The notes: generated by a model not told the origin, from the sequence alone. A stretch of 64,000 nucleotides of DNA from Flavobacteriales bacterium (GCA_028281825.1 JANQJC010000076.1:1309-65308); one strand, 5' to 3'. Positions 29,053 through 41,866 are shown, counted from the first letter of the stretch. Numbers and translations: made by a program.

Positions 29053-29316
29053 ATGACTACGACTACAAGAAATTTAAGAAAAGAGCGTCAAGGCTTGGTG
29101 ACCAGCAATAAGATGGATAAGTCTATCGTGGTGACTGTTGAGCGTAAAGTGAAGCACCCTATCTATGGTAAATTCGTTAAGAAGTCAAAGAGATTTGTGG
29201 CTCATGACGAGAAGAACGAGTGTAACATAGGTGACGTTGTAAAAATTATGGAAACCAGGCCTTTAAGTAAGAGAAAGTGCTGGAGATTGGTTGAAATTAT
29301 TGAAAGAGCTAAGTAA
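29053..29316 (+). CDS. rpsQ: 30S ribosomal protein S17
   Basis: [25 protein letters not shown]. Confidence 0.99.
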   Translation: MTTTTRNLRKERQGLVTSNKMDKSIVVTVERKVKHPIYGKFVKKSKRFVAHDEKNECNIGDVVKIMETRPLSKRKCWRLVEIIERAK

Positions 29317-29318
29317 TT

Positions 29319-29687
29319 ATGATACAGCAAGAATCAAGGCTTAATGTAGCGGATAATAGCGGCGCCAAAGAAGTGCTTTGCATCCGTGTATTGGGAGGTA
29401 CCAAAAGAAGGTATGCTTCTGTAGGAGACCAGATTGTGGTTTCTGTTAAAAATGCAATGCCAACCGGAAACGTGAAAAAAGGTCAGGTTTCTAAGGCAGT
29501 GATAGTAAGAACCAAGAAAGAGGTCCGTCGTGCGGATGGTTCATATATCCGTTTTGATGACAACGCTGTGGTGTTATTGAATGCTCAGGGTGAGATGAGA
29601 GGAACAAGGATTTTTGGACCTGTATCTCGTGAGTTGAGGGAAAAACAGTTTATGAAAATTGTATCGTTGGCGCCAGAGGTGCTTTAA
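29319..29687 (+). CDS. rplN: 50S ribosomal protein L14
   Basis: [24 protein letters not shown]. Confidence 0.99.
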   Translation: MIQQESRLNVADNSGAKEVLCIRVLGGTKRRYASVGDQIVVSVKNAMPTGNVKKGQVSKAVIVRTKKEVRRADGSYIRFDDNAVVLLNAQGEMRGTRIFGPVSRELREKQFMKIVSLAPEVL

Positions 29688-29701
29688 AATAAATAAGAGA
29701 C

Positions 29702-30019
29702 ATGCAAAAGTTGCATATTAAGAAAGGAGATATCGTAAAAGTAATTGCCGGTGCAAACAAGGGCAAGGAAGGTAAGGTGCTTTCAGTAGTTACTGACAAG
29801 AACCAAGCTTTTGTTGAAGGTGTGAATGTAGTTTCAAGGCACACCAAACCTAGCACAAGCAACCCACAAGGCGGTATCATTGAAAAAGAAGCTCCAATTC
29901 ATCTATCAAACTTGATGTTGGTAGATCCGAAAACAGGAGAGCCTACAAGAGTAGGCCGTAAAGAAGATAACGGAAAGATTGTAAGATATTCTAAAAAATC
30001 AGGGGAGGTAATCCAGTAA
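29702..30019 (+). CDS. rplX: 50S ribosomal protein L24
   Basis: [15 protein letters not shown] motif, EAPIHLSNL. Confidence 0.99.
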   Translation: MQKLHIKKGDIVKVIAGANKGKEGKVLSVVTDKNQAFVEGVNVVSRHTKPSTSNPQGGIIEKEAPIHLSNLMLVDPKTGEPTRVGRKEDNGKIVRYSKKSGEVIQ

Positions 30020-30570
30020 TGAGCTACGTTCCAAGACTTAAAAAGACTTATGCTGAAGAGATAGTACCATCTCTACAGAAACAGTTTAACTACAAGAGCC
30101 CAATGCAGGTTCCAAGGTTGGAGAAGATATGCCTTAACCAGGGTATTGGCGATGCAGTTGCTGATAAGCGATTGGTAGATAACGCTATCAATGAAATGAC
30201 TACTATCACTGGACAAAAGGCAGTGGCAACCAGGTCTAAGAAAGACATCTCTAACTTCAAATTGAGGAAGGGAATGCCTATCGGAGCCCGTGTTACCTTG
30301 AGAGGTGATAGGATGTATGAGTTTCTGGACAGGTTGATAGCTGTAGCTATGCCAAGGATTAGGGATTTCCGTGGTTTACCTGCCAAAAAAGGCTTTGATG
30401 GTAAAGGAAATTATACCATGGGTATTACAGAGCAGATTATTTTTCCTGAGATTAACATTGATAAAGTGGGTAAGATAATGGGAATGGATATCACATTTGT
30501 TACTTCTGCCGAAAACGATGCAGAAAGCAAGGCACTTTTAAAAGAATTTGGGTTACCATTTAAAAACTGA
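30019..30570 (+). CDS. rplE: 50S ribosomal protein L5
   Basis: [33 protein letters not shown]. Confidence 0.99.
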   Translation: MSYVPRLKKTYAEEIVPSLQKQFNYKSPMQVPRLEKICLNQGIGDAVADKRLVDNAINEMTTITGQKAVATRSKKDISNFKLRKGMPIGARVTLRGDRMYEFLDRLIAVAMPRIRDFRGLPAKKGFDGKGNYTMGITEQIIFPEINIDKVGKIMGMDITFVTSAENDAESKALLKEFGLPFKN

Positions 30571-30579
30571 TATTAAGAC

Positions 30580-30849
30580 ATGGCAAAAGAATCAATGAAG
30601 GCCAGAGAGGTAAAAAGGCAAAAACTGGTCGCAAAATATGCCAAGAAAAGAGCGGAACTTAAAGCAGCTGGTGATTACGTTGGCTTGGCTAGGCTTCCGA
30701 GAAACTCTTCAAGAGTGAGATTACATAACAGGTGTAAACTTACAGGAAGGCCAAAAGGATACATGCGTCAGTTTGGTGTTTCGCGTATCACTTTTCGTGA
30801 GATGGCAAACAATGGTTTAATACCAGGGGTAACAAAAGCAAGTTGGTAA
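30580..30849 (+). CDS. rpsN: 30S ribosomal protein S14 (89-aa, zinc-free type)
   Basis: [29 protein letters not shown]. Confidence 0.99.
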   Translation: MAKESMKAREVKRQKLVAKYAKKRAELKAAGDYVGLARLPRNSSRVRLHNRCKLTGRPKGYMRQFGVSRITFREMANNGLIPGVTKASW

Positions 30850-30871
30850 TAAGATATAATAGATAAAAACG

Positions 30872-31273
30872 ATGTTTTCAGATCCAGTAGCTGATTATTT
30901 GACAAGAGTAAGGAATGCCATAAAGGCTAAGCACCGTGTGGTAGAAATTCCTGCGTCAAACTTAAAGAAAGAGATAACGAAAATCCTCTTTGATAAAGGA
31001 TACATCCTAAGCTATAAGTTTGAGGATGAGAATGGTCCGCAAGGCACTATCAAGATAGCTTTGAAATACCATCCGGTAACAAAAGTATCAGCGATAAAGT
31101 CATTGGAAAGGGCAAGTACACCAGGTTTAAGGAGATATGTTGGTGCCGATAATCTGCCAAGAGTATTGAACGGCTTGGGCGTGGCTATCATTTCTACTTC
31201 AAGAGGTGTAATGACTGATAAAGAAGCAAAGAAAGAGCACGTAGGTGGCGAAGTTGTTTGTTACGTAAGCTAA
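30872..31273 (+). CDS. rpsH: 30S ribosomal protein S8
   Basis: [29 protein letters not shown]. Confidence 0.99.
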   Translation: MFSDPVADYLTRVRNAIKAKHRVVEIPASNLKKEITKILFDKGYILSYKFEDENGPQGTIKIALKYHPVTKVSAIKSLERASTPGLRRYVGADNLPRVLNGLGVAIISTSRGVMTDKEAKKEHVGGEVVCYVS

Positions 31274-31286
31274 AAACGATAAAGAA

Positions 31287-31841
31287 ATGTCAAGGATAGG
31301 AAATGCAATAATTAAGCTCCCAGAGGGTGTCGAAGTAAATGTGGCTGCGGACAATGTGGTTACAGTAAAAGGCAAGTTGGGAAAGTTGCAACAAAAAGTA
31401 CACCCTGCTTTGAAGGTTGAAATCGCTGATGGCGAATTGACTGTAAGCAGAAACAGTGAGGAAAAAGAGGTAAAGGCTCAGCATGGGTTGAACCGCGCAC
31501 TACTTGCCAATATGGTAAAAGGTGTTTCAGAAGGTTATACTGTTGAGCAGGAATTTGTTGGTGTAGGTTATAGGGCTGATCTTAAGGGTCAACAGTTAGA
31601 GCTTTCACTTGGATATTCACACAACGTGATTTTTGAGTTGCCCCAAGAGATTAAAGCTGAAACTGTAACTGAAAGAGGTAAGGCTCCATTGTTGAAAATG
31701 ACTTGCCATGACAAGCAATTGATTGGTCAGGTAGCCGCTAAGATACGCTCATTGAGGAAGCCTGAGCCTTACAAAGGAAAAGGTATTAGGTTCAAAGGAG
31801 AACAAATTAGAAGAAAAGCTGGTAAAGCAGCAGGTAAATAA
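31287..31841 (+). CDS. rplF: 50S ribosomal protein L6
   Basis: MSRIG, RKPEPYKGKGI. Confidence 0.99.
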   Translation: MSRIGNAIIKLPEGVEVNVAADNVVTVKGKLGKLQQKVHPALKVEIADGELTVSRNSEEKEVKAQHGLNRALLANMVKGVSEGYTVEQEFVGVGYRADLKGQQLELSLGYSHNVIFELPQEIKAETVTERGKAPLLKMTCHDKQLIGQVAAKIRSLRKPEPYKGKGIRFKGEQIRRKAGKAAGK

Positions 31842-31850
31842 TAAATAGCC

Positions 31851-32207
31851 ATGGCATTTAGTAAAGCAAAAAGAAGAAAAAGAATACAATACAGAATCAG
31901 AAAGGTGGTTTCTGGTACTGCTGAGAGGCCAAGGTTGGCTGTATTCAGGAGCAATAAGGAGATTTATGCTCAATTGATTGATGATGTGAGTGGTAAGACA
32001 CTATTATCAGCGTCATCACGCGAGAAAGGGTTGGCTGAGCAAAAAGCTACCAAAATCGAAGTGTCGAAAATGGTAGGCCAGCGTGTAGCTGAGAAAGCTA
32101 AAGAAGCTGGTATTGAGTCAGTAGTTTTTGATCGTGGAGGTTATTTGTATCATGGAAGAGTAAAATCTTTGGCTGAAGGTGCCAGAGAAGGAGGTTTAAA
32201 ATTTTAA
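31851..32207 (+). CDS. rplR: 50S ribosomal protein L18
   Basis: [23 protein letters not shown]. Confidence 0.99.
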   Translation: MAFSKAKRRKRIQYRIRKVVSGTAERPRLAVFRSNKEIYAQLIDDVSGKTLLSASSREKGLAEQKATKIEVSKMVGQRVAEKAKEAGIESVVFDRGGYLYHGRVKSLAEGAREGGLKF

Positions 32208-32213
32208 AAGATA

Positions 32214-32732
32214 ATGGTAAACGCTAACGTTAAAAGGGTTAAATCAACCGAAATTGAACTTAAGGACCGCTTGGTAGGTATCCAAAGGGTTACTAAAGTT
32301 ACTAAGGGTGGTCGTACTTTCAGCTTTTCAGCTATTGTAGTAGTAGGTGATGAGCATGGAGTGGTAGGTCATGGTTTGGGTAAAGCCAAAGAGGTGACTG
32401 AGGCTATCTCAAAAGGTATTGATGATGCTAAGAAGAACCTTATCAAGGTGCCTCTTATCAAAGGTACTGTGCCACATGCTCAAACAGGTAAGTTTGGTGG
32501 TGCCCAGGTATTTTTGAAGCCAGCTTCGCATGGTACTGGTGTTATTGCCGGTGGTGCAATGCGTGCGGTATTGGAGAGTGTTGGTGTGACTGATGTATTG
32601 GCAAAATCAAAAGGTTCATCAAACCCACACAACGTAGTAAAAGCTACTATGCAAGCTTTGATGGAGATGAGGGATGCCATTACCGTTGCTCAGCAAAGGG
32701 GTATCTCAATGGATAAAGTTTTTAACGGATAA
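32214..32732 (+). CDS. rpsE: 30S ribosomal protein S5
   Basis: [22 protein letters not shown]. Confidence 0.99.
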   Translation: MVNANVKRVKSTEIELKDRLVGIQRVTKVTKGGRTFSFSAIVVVGDEHGVVGHGLGKAKEVTEAISKGIDDAKKNLIKVPLIKGTVPHAQTGKFGGAQVFLKPASHGTGVIAGGAMRAVLESVGVTDVLAKSKGSSNPHNVVKATMQALMEMRDAITVAQQRGISMDKVFNG

Positions 32733-32744
32733 GAAAGAGAAATA

Positions 32745-32924
32745 ATGGGAAAGATTAAGATTACCCAGGTAAAAAGCGGAATTAATAGGCCAGAGAACCA
32801 AAAAAGGACTCTAAAGGCCCTTGGTTTCTCAAAATTGAACCAAACCATTGAGCATGAGGCAAATCCTCAAATTCTTGGTATGGTGGATGTAGTTAAGCAT
32901 TTGGTTAAAGTAGAAGAAGTTTAA
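32745..32924 (+). CDS. rpmD: 50S ribosomal protein L30 (not in ORF track, 59 aa)
   Basis: Manual translation MGKIKITQVKSGINRPENQKRTLKALGFSKLNQTIEHEANPQILGMVDVVKHLVKVEEV; lies between rpsE and rplO. Confidence 0.96.
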   Translation: MGKIKITQVKSGINRPENQKRTLKALGFSKLNQTIEHEANPQILGMVDVVKHLVKVEEV

Positions 32925-32936
32925 TACTCGAATAAA

Positions 32937-33419
32937 ATGGATTTAAGTAATCTAAAACCGGCCAAGGGCTCGGTAAAGACAAAGAAAAGACTAGGACGTG
33001 GTGAAGGTTCTGGAAGCGGTGGCACAGCTACACGTGGACATAAGGGACAAAAATCGCGCTCAGGATACAGTACCAAGAGAGGTTTTGAAGGTGGGCAGAT
33101 GCCATTGCAGCGCAGGGTTCCTAAGTTTGGATTCAAAAACTTTAACCGTGTTGAGTATCGTGGTATTAATCTTGATGTATTACAAAACCTTGTTGATACT
33201 AAGGGATTGAAAGCTGTTGACTTTGCAGTGCTTATTGAAAATGGTTTGGCTTCAAAGAATGATTTGGTAAAAATCTTAGGCAGGGGTGAGCTTAAAGCTG
33301 CAGTTGAAGTAAAAGCGCATGCTTTTTCTAAGTCAGCTAAAGCTGCCATTGAAGCGGCAAAAGGTTCGGCAGAAGTTATTGAGAGCAAGAAAGTATCAGG
33401 TGAAGAAACTGAAGGATGA
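32937..33419 (+). CDS. rplO: 50S ribosomal protein L15
   Basis: RLGRGEGSG, GFEGGQMPLQRRVPKFGF; stop overlaps the secY start (ATGA). Confidence 0.99.
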   Translation: MDLSNLKPAKGSVKTKKRLGRGEGSGSGGTATRGHKGQKSRSGYSTKRGFEGGQMPLQRRVPKFGFKNFNRVEYRGINLDVLQNLVDTKGLKAVDFAVLIENGLASKNDLVKILGRGELKAAVEVKAHAFSKSAKAAIEAAKGSAEVIESKKVSGEETEG

Positions 33420-34771
33420 AAAATTTTATAAATACACTTAGGAATATCTACAAGATTGAGGACCTCAGAAAGAGAATCCTTAATACCCTTGGCTTTATAT
33501 TGATATATAGGGTAGGTTCTTTTGTGGTGCTTCCTGGTGTAGACCCAGCAAGTTTGGAATTATTGAAAGCTCAAACGGCCGATGGTCTTTTGGGTCTTTT
33601 GAACATGTTCTCAGGTGGAGCGTTTTCTAACGCATCAATCTTTGCGCTGGGTATCATGCCATATATCTCTGCCTCTATTGTGATGCAGTTGATGGGCTTG
33701 GCAGTTCCTGCTATCCAGAAGCTGCAGAAAGAAGGGGAGAGTGGCAGAAGAAAAGTAAATCAGTGGACGAGGTACCTAACCGTACTTATCACTGCTGGGC
33801 AGGCCCCAGGATATATTGCTAACCTGCAAAGCCAAATACAAGGTGCAGGAGGTAGTATATTAATGTCTGATACGTTCTTTTGGTTTTCATCAATCATTAT
33901 CCTGGTTTCAGGAACCATGTTTGTGATGTGGTTGGGTGAGAAGATAACTGATAAAGGTATTGGTAATGGTATTTCATTATTGATTATGATAGGTATCATT
34001 GCCGGGTTGCCATTCGGATTTATTGCTGAGTTTGCTTCTAAGTTTGAAGAGACTGGAGGTGGTTTGATTATCTTGTTGGTTGAGATGATAGTATTGCTTG
34101 CTGTGATACTAGTAACTATTATGCTGGTGCAAGGTACAAGGCGTGTGCCCGTGCAGGTGGCAAGGGCAGCAGCTCCTGGCCGTTCGGGTATGCCACAGCA
34201 GGCGGGAAGACAATATTTACCGTTGAAGGTGAATGCTGCTGGTGTGATGCCAATCATCTTTGCTCAGGCAATTATGTTCTTGCCAATGACATTTGCTGGC
34301 TTTGCAAGTGATGAGACATCAAACTGGTTGATGACCAATTTCTCAAGTTACACTAGTTTCTGGTATAACTTTACATTCGCGATTTTGATTATTGCGTTTA
34401 CATTCTTTTACACTGCTATTACTGTGAACCCACAGCAAATGGCAGATGATATGAAGCGCACGGGTGGCTTTATTCCTGGTATTAAGCCCGGAAAGAAAAC
34501 CGCAGAATATTTAGATGGTGTAATGTCTCGCATTACCCTGCCTGGTTCTGTGTTCTTGGCGATTATTGCTATTCTTCCATCTTTTGCGATGTTGGCTGGC
34601 GTTAATCAACAGTTTGCACAGTTTTATGGTGGTACTTCACTATTGATTATGGTGGGTGTGGTATTGGATACGTTACAACAAATAGAAAGTCATTTACTTA
34701 TGCGTCATTATGATGGTCTGATGAAGTCTGGAAAGATTAAAGGCAGGTCGTCAATGAGTATGGCGGGATAA
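33416..34771 (+). CDS. secY: Preprotein translocase subunit SecY
   Basis: SIFALGIMPYISASI, GIGNGISL, AGVMPIIFA, GGTSLLIMVGV. Confidence 0.99.
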   Translation: MKNFINTLRNIYKIEDLRKRILNTLGFILIYRVGSFVVLPGVDPASLELLKAQTADGLLGLLNMFSGGAFSNASIFALGIMPYISASIVMQLMGLAVPAIQKLQKEGESGRRKVNQWTRYLTVLITAGQAPGYIANLQSQIQGAGGSILMSDTFFWFSSIIILVSGTMFVMWLGEKITDKGIGNGISLLIMIGIIAGLPFGFIAEFASKFEETGGGLIILLVEMIVLLAVILVTIMLVQGTRRVPVQVARAAAPGRSGMPQQAGRQYLPLKVNAAGVMPIIFAQAIMFLPMTFAGFASDETSNWLMTNFSSYTSFWYNFTFAILIIAFTFFYTAITVNPQQMADDMKRTGGFIPGIKPGKKTAEYLDGVMSRITLPGSVFLAIIAILPSFAMLAGVNQQFAQFYGGTSLLIMVGVVLDTLQQIESHLLMRHYDGLMKSGKIKGRSSMSMAG

Positions 34772-34788
34772 GGAAATATGTTCTTTGA

Positions 34789-35571
34789 ATGATTTATTTA
34801 AAAAGTGCTGAAGAAATTGAGTTAGTCAGGCAAAGCTCCTTGATAGTTGGCATGGCACATGCAGAAGTTGCCAAGATACTTGAGCCGGGAGTGAGTACTG
34901 AAAAACTCGACAAAATAGCCGAAGAATATATCCGAGACAATGGTGGTGTGCCAGCGTTTAAAGGGTATAATGGTTTTCCGGCCACGCTATGCATCTCAAT
35001 TAATGAGGCAGTAGTACACGGAATACCTTCTGCAAGAGTGATTGAGGATGGCGATGTTGTTTCAATTGATTGCGGGGTGAAGAAGAACGGCTTTTTTGGA
35101 GATTCGGCATATACCTATCCAGTAGGAAATGTGACTGACGAAGTTGTGAAGCTTCTGGAAGTTACAAAAGAGTCTCTTTATAAAGGAATAGAGGCAGCCA
35201 GAAGTGGAAAGAGAATAGGTGATATAGGCCACGCTGTGCAGAGTCATGCGGAAGCGCATGGTTTTGGAGTGGTGAGAGAATTGGTTGGTCATGGTGTTGG
35301 TAAAGAGTTGCACGAGAGCCCTGAAGTACCAAATTATGGTAGAAGGGGAACAGGTGCAAAGCTAAAGCCGGGAATGGTTATAGCGATAGAGCCGATGATT
35401 AACATGGGAAGGAAGGAAGTAAAGCAGTTGGCTGACGGATGGACAATAGTGACAACAGATGGAAAACCATCGGCACATTATGAGCATACGGTAGCAATAA
35501 CGGATAGAGGGGAAGCGGATATTCTATCAACTTTTGAGGCGATAGAAGAGGTATTAATGAATAAAGTTTAA
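34789..35571 (+). CDS. map: Methionine aminopeptidase type I
   Basis: CISINEAVVHGIP, GDSA, GHGVG..LHE, AIEPM, SAHYEHT. Confidence 0.98.
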   Translation: MIYLKSAEEIELVRQSSLIVGMAHAEVAKILEPGVSTEKLDKIAEEYIRDNGGVPAFKGYNGFPATLCISINEAVVHGIPSARVIEDGDVVSIDCGVKKNGFFGDSAYTYPVGNVTDEVVKLLEVTKESLYKGIEAARSGKRIGDIGHAVQSHAEAHGFGVVRELVGHGVGKELHESPEVPNYGRRGTGAKLKPGMVIAIEPMINMGRKEVKQLADGWTIVTTDGKPSAHYEHTVAITDRGEADILSTFEAIEEVLMNKV

Positions 35572-35580
35572 AAAGTATTA

Positions 35581-35799
35581 ATGGCAAAACAGGCATCTAT
35601 AGAACAAGACGGAGTGATAACGGAGGCATTGTCCAACGCTATGTTTCGTGTTGAACTCGAGAACGGACACATAATAACTGCCCATATATCGGGAAAAATG
35701 AGGATGCACTATATAAAGATTTTACCAGGAGATAAAGTAAAGGTTGAAATGTCTCCTTATGATTTAACAAAAGGAAGGATTACTTACAGGTATAAATAA
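35581..35799 (+). CDS. infA: Translation initiation factor IF-1
   Basis: [28 protein letters not shown]. Confidence 0.99.
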   Translation: MAKQASIEQDGVITEALSNAMFRVELENGHIITAHISGKMRMHYIKILPGDKVKVEMSPYDLTKGRITYRYK

Positions 35800-35805
35800 G
35801 AAGTC

Positions 35806-35922
35806 ATGAAAGTAAGAGCATCAATAAAAAAGAGAAGTGCTGAATGCAAGATTGTTCGCAGAAAAGGACGTTTGTACGTCATTAACAAGAAGAATCCTAA
35901 GTTCAAGCAAAGACAAGGTTAA
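35806..35922 (+). CDS. rpmJ: 50S ribosomal protein L36, zinc-free type (not in ORF track, 38 aa)
   Basis: Manual translation [38 protein letters not shown]. Confidence 0.97.
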   Translation: MKVRASIKKRSAECKIVRRKGRLYVINKKNPKFKQRQG

Positions 35923-35944
35923 TAAAAGAATACAAGCATAAACT

Positions 35945-36322
35945 ATGGCAAGGATTGCAGGTATAGATTTACCAAAAAACAAAAGAGGCGTAATAGGCCT
36001 AACTTATATTTTCGGTATTGGTAAGGTAACAGCTACCAAGATACTGAACGCTGCTGAAGTAGACATTGACAAAAGAGTTCAAGATTGGAATGATGATGAA
36101 TTGACTGTAATCAGGAAAATCATCAATGAGAACTACAAGGTAGAAGGTGCTTTGCGTTCAGAAGTGCAATTGAACATCAAGCGTTTGATGGATATCGGTT
36201 GTTACCGGGGTGTTCGTCACAGAAGTGGTTTGCCAGTGCGTGGCCAAACTACTAAGAACAACGCCAGAACGAGAAAAGGAAAGAGAAAAACTGTTGCTAA
36301 CAAGAAGATAGCAGCTAAGTAA
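35945..36322 (+). CDS. rpsM: 30S ribosomal protein S13
   Basis: [34 protein letters not shown]. Confidence 0.99.
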   Translation: MARIAGIDLPKNKRGVIGLTYIFGIGKVTATKILNAAEVDIDKRVQDWNDDELTVIRKIINENYKVEGALRSEVQLNIKRLMDIGCYRGVRHRSGLPVRGQTTKNNARTRKGKRKTVANKKIAAK

Positions 36323-36352
36323 TAGAGATTAATTTATAATAGTATATAAGTA

Positions 36353-36745
36353 ATGGCTAAAACGGCTGGTAAAACAAGTAAGAAGAGGGTAGTTAAAGTT
36401 GATCCGAATGGTGAGGCTCATATCCAGGCTACTTTTAATAACATCATTATTTCACTTACTAATAAGAATGGAGAAGTGATTTCATGGTCGTCAGCAGGTA
36501 AGATGGGCTTTAGGGGTTCTAAGAAGAATACTCCTTATGCAGCTCAAATGGCTGCCACTGATTGTGCAAAAGTTGCTTACGATGCAGGCTTGAGAAGAGT
36601 GAAAGTGTATGTGAAGGGTCCTGGCTCAGGTAGAGAGTCTGCTATCAGGAGCATACATGGCTCAGGTATTGAAGTAACGGAGATAGTTGACGTTACACCA
36701 TTGCCACACAATGGCTGCCGCCCGCCAAAACGCAGAAGAGTATAA
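36353..36745 (+). CDS. rpsK: 30S ribosomal protein S11
   Basis: [31 protein letters not shown]. Confidence 0.99.
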   Translation: MAKTAGKTSKKRVVKVDPNGEAHIQATFNNIIISLTNKNGEVISWSSAGKMGFRGSKKNTPYAAQMAATDCAKVAYDAGLRRVKVYVKGPGSGRESAIRSIHGSGIEVTEIVDVTPLPHNGCRPPKRRRV

Positions 36746-36791
36746 TCCCTTAGGGATAGAAGATATTAATTAGTAAACACTTTAATTAAAA

Positions 36792-37397
36792 ATGGCAAGA
36801 TATAAAGGACCAAAGTCCAAGATTGCAAGAAAGTTCGGTGAACCAATTTTCGGACCAGATAGAGCTTTTGAAAAGAAGAACTATCCTCCGGGGATGCACG
36901 GAATGATGAAGAAAAGAAGAAAGCAATCTGAATATGGTATTCAGTTGATGGAGAAGCAAAAAGCGAAGTATACTTATGGTATTCTTGAAAGACAATTTGC
37001 CAACCTGTTTGATACTGCTTCAAGAAAGAAGGGTATTACCGGTGAGTTGCTTCTTCAGCTTTGTGAGGCCAGACTTGATAACGTAGTTTTCAGGTTGGGT
37101 ATTTCTCCGTCAAGGAGAGGTGCAAGGCAATTGGTGAGCCACCGTCATATTACAGTGAATGGCAATGTGGTTAACATACCTTCATATTCAGTGAAAGAGG
37201 GTGACAAAATAGCTGTGAGAGAGAAATCAAAATCGTTAGAGGCTATTAATGACTCACTATCAGCTAACAGAAAAACGTATCCTTGGTTGGAGTGGGATGG
37301 TGCAAAAATGGAAGGTACTTTCATGCAATATCCTGAGAGGGAATTGATACCTGAGAACATCAAGGAACAACTAATCGTGGAATTGTACTCTAAATAA
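36792..37397 (+). CDS. rpsD: 30S ribosomal protein S4
   Basis: [30 protein letters not shown]. Confidence 0.99.
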   Translation: MARYKGPKSKIARKFGEPIFGPDRAFEKKNYPPGMHGMMKKRRKQSEYGIQLMEKQKAKYTYGILERQFANLFDTASRKKGITGELLLQLCEARLDNVVFRLGISPSRRGARQLVSHRHITVNGNVVNIPSYSVKEGDKIAVREKSKSLEAINDSLSANRKTYPWLEWDGAKMEGTFMQYPERELIPENIKEQLIVELYSK

Positions 37398-37421
37398 TCC
37401 TTAAAACAAGAGATAAGCAAA

Positions 37422-38414
37422 ATGGCAATATTAAATTTTCAAAAACCAGATAAAGTAATAATGCTTCAATCTAGCGAGGTTGAAGGCCAATTCGAGTTTC
37501 GCCCTTTAGAGCCAGGTTATGGTATCACTATAGGAAATGCTTTGAGAAGGATACTTCTAAACTCGTTGGAGGGGTTTGCTATCACTTCAGTAAGGATTGA
37601 GGGCGTTGAGCATGAGTTCTCTACAATTGAAGGTGTAGTTGAAGACGTAACTGAGATTATCCTTAACCTGAAGCAAATTAGGTTTAAAAGACAAATAGAT
37701 AATCTTGAGAACGAGAAAGTGAGTGTAACTGTATCTGGTCAAGATACTTTTACTGCTGGTGATATAGGTAAGTTTTTAACTGGTTTCCAGGTTTTGAATC
37801 CAGAGTTGGTTATTTGCCACATGGAACCAAAAGTGACTTTGAAAGCTGAACTTACTATTGACAAAGGTCGTGGTTATGTTCCTGCTGAAGAGAATAAGGT
37901 AGTAAACGCACCTATCGGTACCATTGCTATGGATTCAATATTCACACCAATTAAGAATGTGAAGTATAGTATTGAGAACTATAGGGTAGAGCAAAAGACT
38001 GACTATGAAAAGTTGGTTATTGACCTGATTACTGATGGCTCAATAGTACCAAAGGACGCTTTGAAAGAAGCTGCAAAAATTCTTATCCATCACTTTATGT
38101 TGTTCTCTGATGAGAAGATTACTTTGGATGCTGAAGTTAAATCTTCAACGGAAGAGTTTGATGAGAACTCATTGCACATGAGGCAGTTGTTGAAGACTAA
38201 ATTGGTTGACATGGACTTGTCAGTTCGTGCATTGAATTGCCTTAAAGCAGCTGACGTAGAAACTTTGGGTGACCTGGTTTCTTTTAATAAGAACGACCTT
38301 TTGAAGTTCAGGAACTTTGGTAAGAAGTCATTAACTGAGTTGGAAGACTTGGTACTTGCCAAAAACCTAACTTTCGGTATGGATGTATCTAAGTACAAGC
38401 TTGATAAAGAATAA
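37422..38414 (+). CDS. rpoA: RNA polymerase alpha subunit
   Basis: [37 protein letters not shown]. Confidence 0.99.
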   Translation: MAILNFQKPDKVIMLQSSEVEGQFEFRPLEPGYGITIGNALRRILLNSLEGFAITSVRIEGVEHEFSTIEGVVEDVTEIILNLKQIRFKRQIDNLENEKVSVTVSGQDTFTAGDIGKFLTGFQVLNPELVICHMEPKVTLKAELTIDKGRGYVPAEENKVVNAPIGTIAMDSIFTPIKNVKYSIENYRVEQKTDYEKLVIDLITDGSIVPKDALKEAAKILIHHFMLFSDEKITLDAEVKSSTEEFDENSLHMRQLLKTKLVDMDLSVRALNCLKAADVETLGDLVSFNKNDLLKFRNFGKKSLTELEDLVLAKNLTFGMDVSKYKLDKE

Positions 38415-38437
38415 ATTGACTGGTAAGGAATTTAGAA

Positions 38438-39235
38438 ATGAGACACAAGAAGAAATTTAATCATTTAAGCAGAACTGCTTCTCACAGAAAAGCAATGCTT
38501 TCAAACATGGCTAGTTCGCTTATCCTTCATAAGAGGATTAATACTACCGTAGCGAAGGCTAAAGCGCTGAGAGTATATGTAGAGCCTTTGATTACAAAAT
38601 CGAAGAATGACACTACACATTCTCGCAGGACAGTATTCGCTCAACTTCAAGATAAGCAAGCGGTGACTGAACTTTTTAGAGAAGTATCTCAAAAAGTAGC
38701 AGATCGTCCGGGTGGTTATACCAGGATTATCAAGACTGGTAACAGGCTTGGTGACAATGCCGAGATGTGTATGATTGAGTTGGTTGATTATAATGAGCTT
38801 CTATTGAACACTGAGAAGAAGAAGACAAGAAGAAGCAGAAGGGGTGGCGGTAAGAAGTCTGAAACAACGGTTGCAGCTCCAGCTGCTCCTGCTAAAGAGG
38901 TGGAAGTAAAAGAAGAAGCAACCGAAGCGACTGCTACAACTGAAGAAGTTGTGGTAGAAGAACCAGCTAAGGAGGCTGAAGCAAAGACTGAAGCCACTGC
39001 TGAAGTGAAGGAAGAAGTTGCACCAGTTGCTGAAGAAGCACCTGTTGAGGAGGTGCCCGCAGAAGAGGTAGCTGAACCAGAAGCTAAGGTTGAAGAGCCA
39101 AAGTCTGAGGCAGATGTGGAAGAAACAGCTGAGGCGAAAATCGAGGAAGCTCCTGAAGCAAAAGCAGAGGAGGCTGCTGAGGAAAAAACAGAAGACAAGA
39201 ACGAAGAAGGCGAGGAAGGGAAGAAATCGGAATAA
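38438..39235 (+). CDS. rplQ: 50S ribosomal protein L17 with long acidic C-terminal tail
   Basis: [30 protein letters not shown], then an E/A/P/K-rich tail. Confidence 0.98.
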   Translation: MRHKKKFNHLSRTASHRKAMLSNMASSLILHKRINTTVAKAKALRVYVEPLITKSKNDTTHSRRTVFAQLQDKQAVTELFREVSQKVADRPGGYTRIIKTGNRLGDNAEMCMIELVDYNELLLNTEKKKTRRSRRGGGKKSETTVAAPAAPAKEVEVKEEATEATATTEEVVVEEPAKEAEAKTEATAEVKEEVAPVAEEAPVEEVPAEEVAEPEAKVEEPKSEADVEETAEAKIEEAPEAKAEEAAEEKTEDKNEEGEEGKKSE

Positions 39236-39260
39236 TGCCTAAATTGTGTATAAAATGTGA

Positions 39261-39296
39261 AAAGGATAGAGCTAAAAAGTTCTATCCTTTTTTTTT
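39261..39296 (+). terminator. Intrinsic terminator closing the ribosomal supercluster
   Basis: AAAGGATAGA-N10-TCTATCCTTT followed by further Ts. Confidence 0.85.
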
Positions 39297-39302
39297 ATGT
39301 TG

Positions 39303-39310
39303 TAGTTTTG
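39303..39310 (+). promoter_or_regulatory. -7 promoter element for carA-eno
   Basis: TAGTTTTG immediately after the terminator and 16 nt before the ATG. Confidence 0.55.
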
Positions 39311-39326
39311 CAAAAACTCTTTTATA

Positions 39327-40448
39327 ATGAAATACGCACACAAATCACCTGCTGTTTTATTGCTTGAGGACGGAACTGTTTTTTGGGGTAAGGCTGCAGG
39401 AAAAATAGGAACTGCCACTGGGGAAATTTGCTTTAATACTGGTATGACTGGATACCAGGAAATATTTACTGACCCATCGTACTACAGACAATTGATGGTA
39501 ATGGCTAGTGTGCATATTGGTAATTACGGCACCCATCCTGAGGAGGTTGAAAGTGAAGGGATGAAAATAGCAGGACTTATTTGTAAGAGTTTCTCAGCAA
39601 CTTATTCCAGGGCATCGGCTGATATGTCGCTTCAAGAATATTATGAGAGGCAGAATATGGTAGCAATATCTGATGTAGATACCAGGGCTATTGTGAGGCA
39701 TATTCGCTCAAAAGGAGCGATGAATGCAATCATCTCATCAGATAATACTGATATTGAATCTTTAAAAGCTGAGTTGGCTAAGGTGCCGTCAATGGCGGGA
39801 CTTGAATTGTCCTCGCAGGTAACAACAAAGGAGTCTTACTACATCGGCGATGAGAATTCTCCGTATAGAGTGGCTGTTTTGGATATTGGTGTTAAGAAAA
39901 ACATTTTAAGGAGTTTGGTAGAAAGGGGGTGCTACTTGAAAGTGTTCCCTATGAACTCCACTTTGCAGGAAATGGAGAGTTTTGAGCCAAATGGATTCAT
40001 GATTTCCAATGGCCCGGGGGACCCAGCTGCGATGCCTGATACCACTAAATTAGTTACAGAAATAATCAATACGGGAACCCCAGTTTTTGGTATTTGTTTG
40101 GGACATCAAATAATAGCTCAAAGCCAAGGTATACGAACCTATAAGATGCACCATGGGCACAGAGGTATTAATCACCCTGTGAAAAATTTGATTACTGGAA
40201 GTAGTGAGGTCACGTCGCAAAATCACGGTTTTGGATTGGTAGAAGAAGATGTGAATGACCATGCTGATATAGAAGTTACACATATCAACTTGAATGATAA
40301 TACCATTGAGGGTATCAAACTAAAAAGCAAGAAAGTGTTCTCAGTACAGCACCATCCTGAAGCTTCACCAGGGCCTCATGATGCGAGATACTTATTCGAT
40401 GACTTTATTCGAAATATGAAAGAAGTGGAAGTGCTTCAAGATAGTTGA
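39327..40448 (+). CDS. carA: Carbamoyl-phosphate synthase small subunit
   Basis: GEICFNTGMTGYQE, SNGPGDP, GICLGHQ, HPEASPGPHD. Confidence 0.98.
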   Translation: MKYAHKSPAVLLLEDGTVFWGKAAGKIGTATGEICFNTGMTGYQEIFTDPSYYRQLMVMASVHIGNYGTHPEEVESEGMKIAGLICKSFSATYSRASADMSLQEYYERQNMVAISDVDTRAIVRHIRSKGAMNAIISSDNTDIESLKAELAKVPSMAGLELSSQVTTKESYYIGDENSPYRVAVLDIGVKKNILRSLVERGCYLKVFPMNSTLQEMESFEPNGFMISNGPGDPAAMPDTTKLVTEIINTGTPVFGICLGHQIIAQSQGIRTYKMHHGHRGINHPVKNLITGSSEVTSQNHGFGLVEEDVNDHADIEVTHINLNDNTIEGIKLKSKKVFSVQHHPEASPGPHDARYLFDDFIRNMKEVEVLQDS

Positions 40449-40466
40449 TACATTTAAACCCTATAA

Positions 40467-41780
<1,314 letters not shown>

Positions 41781-41866
41781 TCACACTATCTTATTATTTA
41801 AGTTAGTTCGCTCAAGTTAGGTTTGGAATGCCTAATTTTGAGGCAATTTCCTATTACATATATTTG

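Noticed and set aside
30580-35922. Zinc-free S14 and L36 in the main operon, and map between secY and infA
   Set aside because: Usual arrangement in many Bacteroidetes.
39327-40448. carA without carB
   Set aside because: Split carA/carB with rplQ-carA-eno linkage is common in this phylum.
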